Made by a program: the position numbers and the translations under genes. A DNA stretch of 63,849 nt, the filler included, from Octopus bimaculoides (lineage: Eukaryota), in the NCBI RefSeq assembly GCF_001194135.2. It is 10 parts of 10 records of this genome, joined end to end, with 100 filler letters (N's around TTAATTAATTAA, not from the genome) between each part and the next. Parts side by side here need not be neighbours in the genome. Positions count along the whole stretch, not along the records: positions 61,216 to 62,513 come from NW_026407606.1; positions 62,614 to 63,849 come from NW_026416851.1; 8 more parts are not named here. The stretch is one strand, 5' to 3'. Positions 61,216 through 63,849 of the stretch are shown here, in pieces (within the stretch, counting starts at the first letter, position 1; every line of letters starts with the position of its first letter). The notes under the pieces were generated by a model that saw only the letters and a program-made list of their open reading frames with translations, did not search any database and was not told the DNA's origin.

Positions 61216-62513
61216 AAAAACAAGAGCAAGACCAAGAACAAAAACAAGAACAAGAACAAAAACAAGAACAGGAACAAAAACAAGAACAAAAACAAAAGCA
61301 ATAACAAGAAAGAGAACGTGAATAAGAACAAGGACAAGAACAAGAACTAGAACAAGAACAAGAACAAAAGCAAGAACAAGAACAAAAACAAGAGCAAGAC
61401 CAAGAACAAAAACAAGAACAAAAACAAGAAAAAAACAAAAGCAAGAACAAGAAGAAGAACGTGAACAAAAACAAGGACAAGAANNNNNNNNNNCAAAAGC
61501 AAGAACAAGAACAAAAACAAGAGCAAGACCAAGAACAAAAACAAGAACAAAAACAAGAAAAAAACAAAAGCAAGAACAAGAAGAAGAACGTGAACAAAAA
61601 CAAGGACAAGAACAAGAACAAGAACAAACACATGAACAAAAACAAGAACAAAAACAAAAAAAACCACGAACAAATGCAAGAACAAGAACAAGAACAAGAA
61701 CAAGAAAAAGAACAAAAACGATAACAAAGACAAGAACAAAAACAAAAGCTAGAACAAGAACAAGAACGTGAACAAGAACAAGGACAAGAACAAGAACTAG
61801 AACAAACACAATAACAAGAACAAAAACAAAAACAAAAACAAAAACAAAAACAAGAACAAAAGCAAGAACAAGAACAAGAACGTGAACAAAAACAAGGACG
61901 AGAACAAGAACAAAAACAAACACAAGAACAAAAACAAGAACAAAAACAAAAAAAACACGAACAAATGCAAGAACAAGAACAAGAACAAGAAAAAGAACAA
62001 AAACGATAACAAAAACAAGAACAAAAACAAAAGCTAGAACAAGAACAAGAACGTGAACAAGAACAAGGACAAGAACAAGAACTAGAACAAACACAAGAAC
62101 AAGAACAAAAACAAAAACAAAAACAAAAACAAAAACAAGAACAAAAGCAAGAACAAGAACAAGAACGAGAACAAGAACAAAAGCAAGAACAAAAACAAAA
62201 ACAAGAGCAAGACCAAAAACAAAAACAAGAACAAAACCAGGAACAAAAACAAAAGCAAGAACAAGAAGAACCTGAACAAGAACAAAGACAAGAACAAGAA
62301 CAAGTACAAACACAAGAACAAAAACAAGAACAAAAACAAAAGCAAGAACAAGAAGAAGAACGTGAACAAGAACAAGGACAAGAACAAGAACTAGAACAAA
62401 CACAAGAACAAAAACAAGAACAAGAACAAAAACGAAAACAAGAACAAAAGAAAGAACAAGAAAAAAAGCAAGAACAAGAACAAAAGCAAGAACAAGAACA
62501 AAAACAAGAGCAA
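61216..62513. repeat. (CAAGAA/CAAAAA)n hexamer array with higher-order variants
   Basis: Hexamer phase kept throughout; recurring variant block cgtgaacaagaacaaggacaagaacaagaactagaacaa. Confidence 0.95.
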
Positions 62514-62613
62514 NNNNNNNNNNNNNNNNNNNNNNNNNNNNNNNNNNNNNNNNNNNNTTAATTAATTAANNNNNNNNNNNNNNNNNNNNNNNNNNNNNNN
62601 NNNNNNNNNNNNN
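62514..62613. other. Artificial scaffolding linker
   Basis: 44 N + TTAATTAATTAA + 44 N. Confidence 0.95.
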
Positions 62614-63046
62614 AGGGCAAAAGAAAAAGATTTCTGTGCCAAATATGCCGAGAATAGACTTAAAATCGTCAATAACGACATATAATTCGTCACTATAAGC
62701 ACATGTCTCGAAGCAATAGACAGAAATTTCTTTAAAATTCCGTTATTACCGAAACGGTCCGATTTCTGAGTTAATTCATAAAGAATTTTCTCGTCTTCAG
62801 CGATAAATACGTTAAGAAATAAATGAAATACTTACTTGCATGTATGGAGCAAGCCGACGCAAAGTCATGAGAAAACTTAAGTACCCCAAATATATCCAAA
62901 TAGAAATTTTCCAGTACACCTCGAGACACGTGCGATCAGACTGAAAATTCTCATAGAGTAGGAGACAGTGATGAAATATATGTGGCTATTGACGATTTTA
63001 AGTCTATTCTCGGCATATTTGGCATAGAAATTTTTTCTTTTGCCCT
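62614..63046. mobile_element. Non-autonomous DNA transposon/MITE with long TIRs
   Basis: 62614-62674 and 62987-63046 are ~60-bp near-perfect inverted repeats (agggcaaaagaaaaa...aaaatcgtcaata), extending imperfectly inward. Confidence 0.85.
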
Positions 63047-63284
63047 TATTTATAATTGTTTATAATTTTCACCTTAAAAGGTATTTTTAATATGCTGGCC
63101 ACTGATAAAATCTTTGAAAATGTTTTCCTATATTAGATGTAAATTTATTACCATTCGCTATTCTGTGATCTCTCTCATTGAGCTTTGCCTTTCACACAAA
63201 ATTATGCTTGCCAGAACTAGCATATCTTAGTTTTGGAAAGCCTACATGATTTTAAAGACTGTATCTCTCGAAACATTAAACAGT

Positions 63285-63800
63285 TCAGTATTTAATGATT
63301 GACGCTCCAGCCCAAACCAAACGATAACAATGGAGATCTACTGCGAGCAGCTTGAGCGGCTTAAGTCAGCGCTTGAAGGAAAACGACCAAGACGTTTCAA
63401 GACGAAAGATGTTCTTCCATCAGGATAGTGCACGGCCACATACAGCGAGGATGACATTCCAAAGGCTGGAGCAGTTCGTATGGAAAACGATGTCCCACCC
63501 ACCATATTCGCCAGCCATTGCTTTAACTGATTATCAATTATTCCGCAGTCTTCAAAATCATTTGGATGGAAAAGACATGAATTCTGTAGATGAGGTCAGA
63601 ATAATACTGGAGGAGTATTATACGTCACGGAGAAGTGAATTTTGGAAGAGGGGCCTTGCAAGTTTACCAGATAGATGGAAGAGCATTGTAGACAATGGAG
63701 GAAAGTATAATTTAGATTTAAAAAGAACTTTGTTTATTTTAATTCTGAAAAATAAAGGAAGTATAAAAAACTGCATTATTTATGGGATGACTTAATATAT
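63285..63800 (+). mobile_element. 3' half of a mariner (DD34D) transposon
   Basis: FFHQDSARPH-...-HPPYSPAIALTDYQLFRSL with 34 residues between the last two Asp; ...WKSIVDNGGKY; right TIR ctgcattatttatgggatgacttaatata. Confidence 0.9.
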
Positions 63801-63849
63801 TGTCAGAGGATAACCATCTCACATAATGAATAGTGATTGGAGGTAAGTA

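Noticed and set aside
61168-62403. 411-aa hydrophobic ORF (FVLVLV...)
   Set aside because: It is the stop-free antisense reading of the (CAAGAA)n array and starts in a linker gap.
8088-62569. Nine identical TTAATTAATTAA 12-mers (8088, 10767, 36305, 39920, 45403, 49947, 56599, 61160, 62558)
   Set aside because: Each is centred in exactly 44+44 N and gives stops in all six frames, so these are assembly linkers, not biology. Synteny across them is unproven.

Overview
Eukaryotic, AT-rich, repeat-saturated draft sequence with roughly 7-8 kb of N. The tRNA-derived SINE families suggest a cephalopod (octopus) genome; this is an inference. Nine 100-bp spacers (44 N + TTAATTAATTAA + 44 N) are artificial six-frame-stop scaffolding linkers, so the window is ten contigs whose adjacency is unproven. 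No intact protein-coding gene is visible. The only recognisable host-gene piece is the first coding exon of a cytosolic sulfotransferase (39461-39656), which has lost the PAPS-binding lysine and the GT splice donor. There is also one candidate micro-exon with strong splice sites (48559-48590). The rest is at least five SINE families, decayed LINEs (RTE, Rex3/Expander-like, Dong/R4-like, Penelope-like), decayed DNA transposons (mariner, maT-like, Tigger/pogo, Helitron), MITEs/foldbacks and microsatellites. Nearly all listed ORFs are microsatellite or gap artefacts. The most notable signal outside the ORF track is RNA structure: three intact-looking minimal type-I hammerhead ribozyme motifs from unrelated repeat families (47967-48001 minus, 53294-53354 minus, 56299-56380 plus), about eight decayed relics, and a 66-nt pre-miRNA-like hairpin (35982-36047). 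All calls come from reading the sequence; no database search or folding computation was run.
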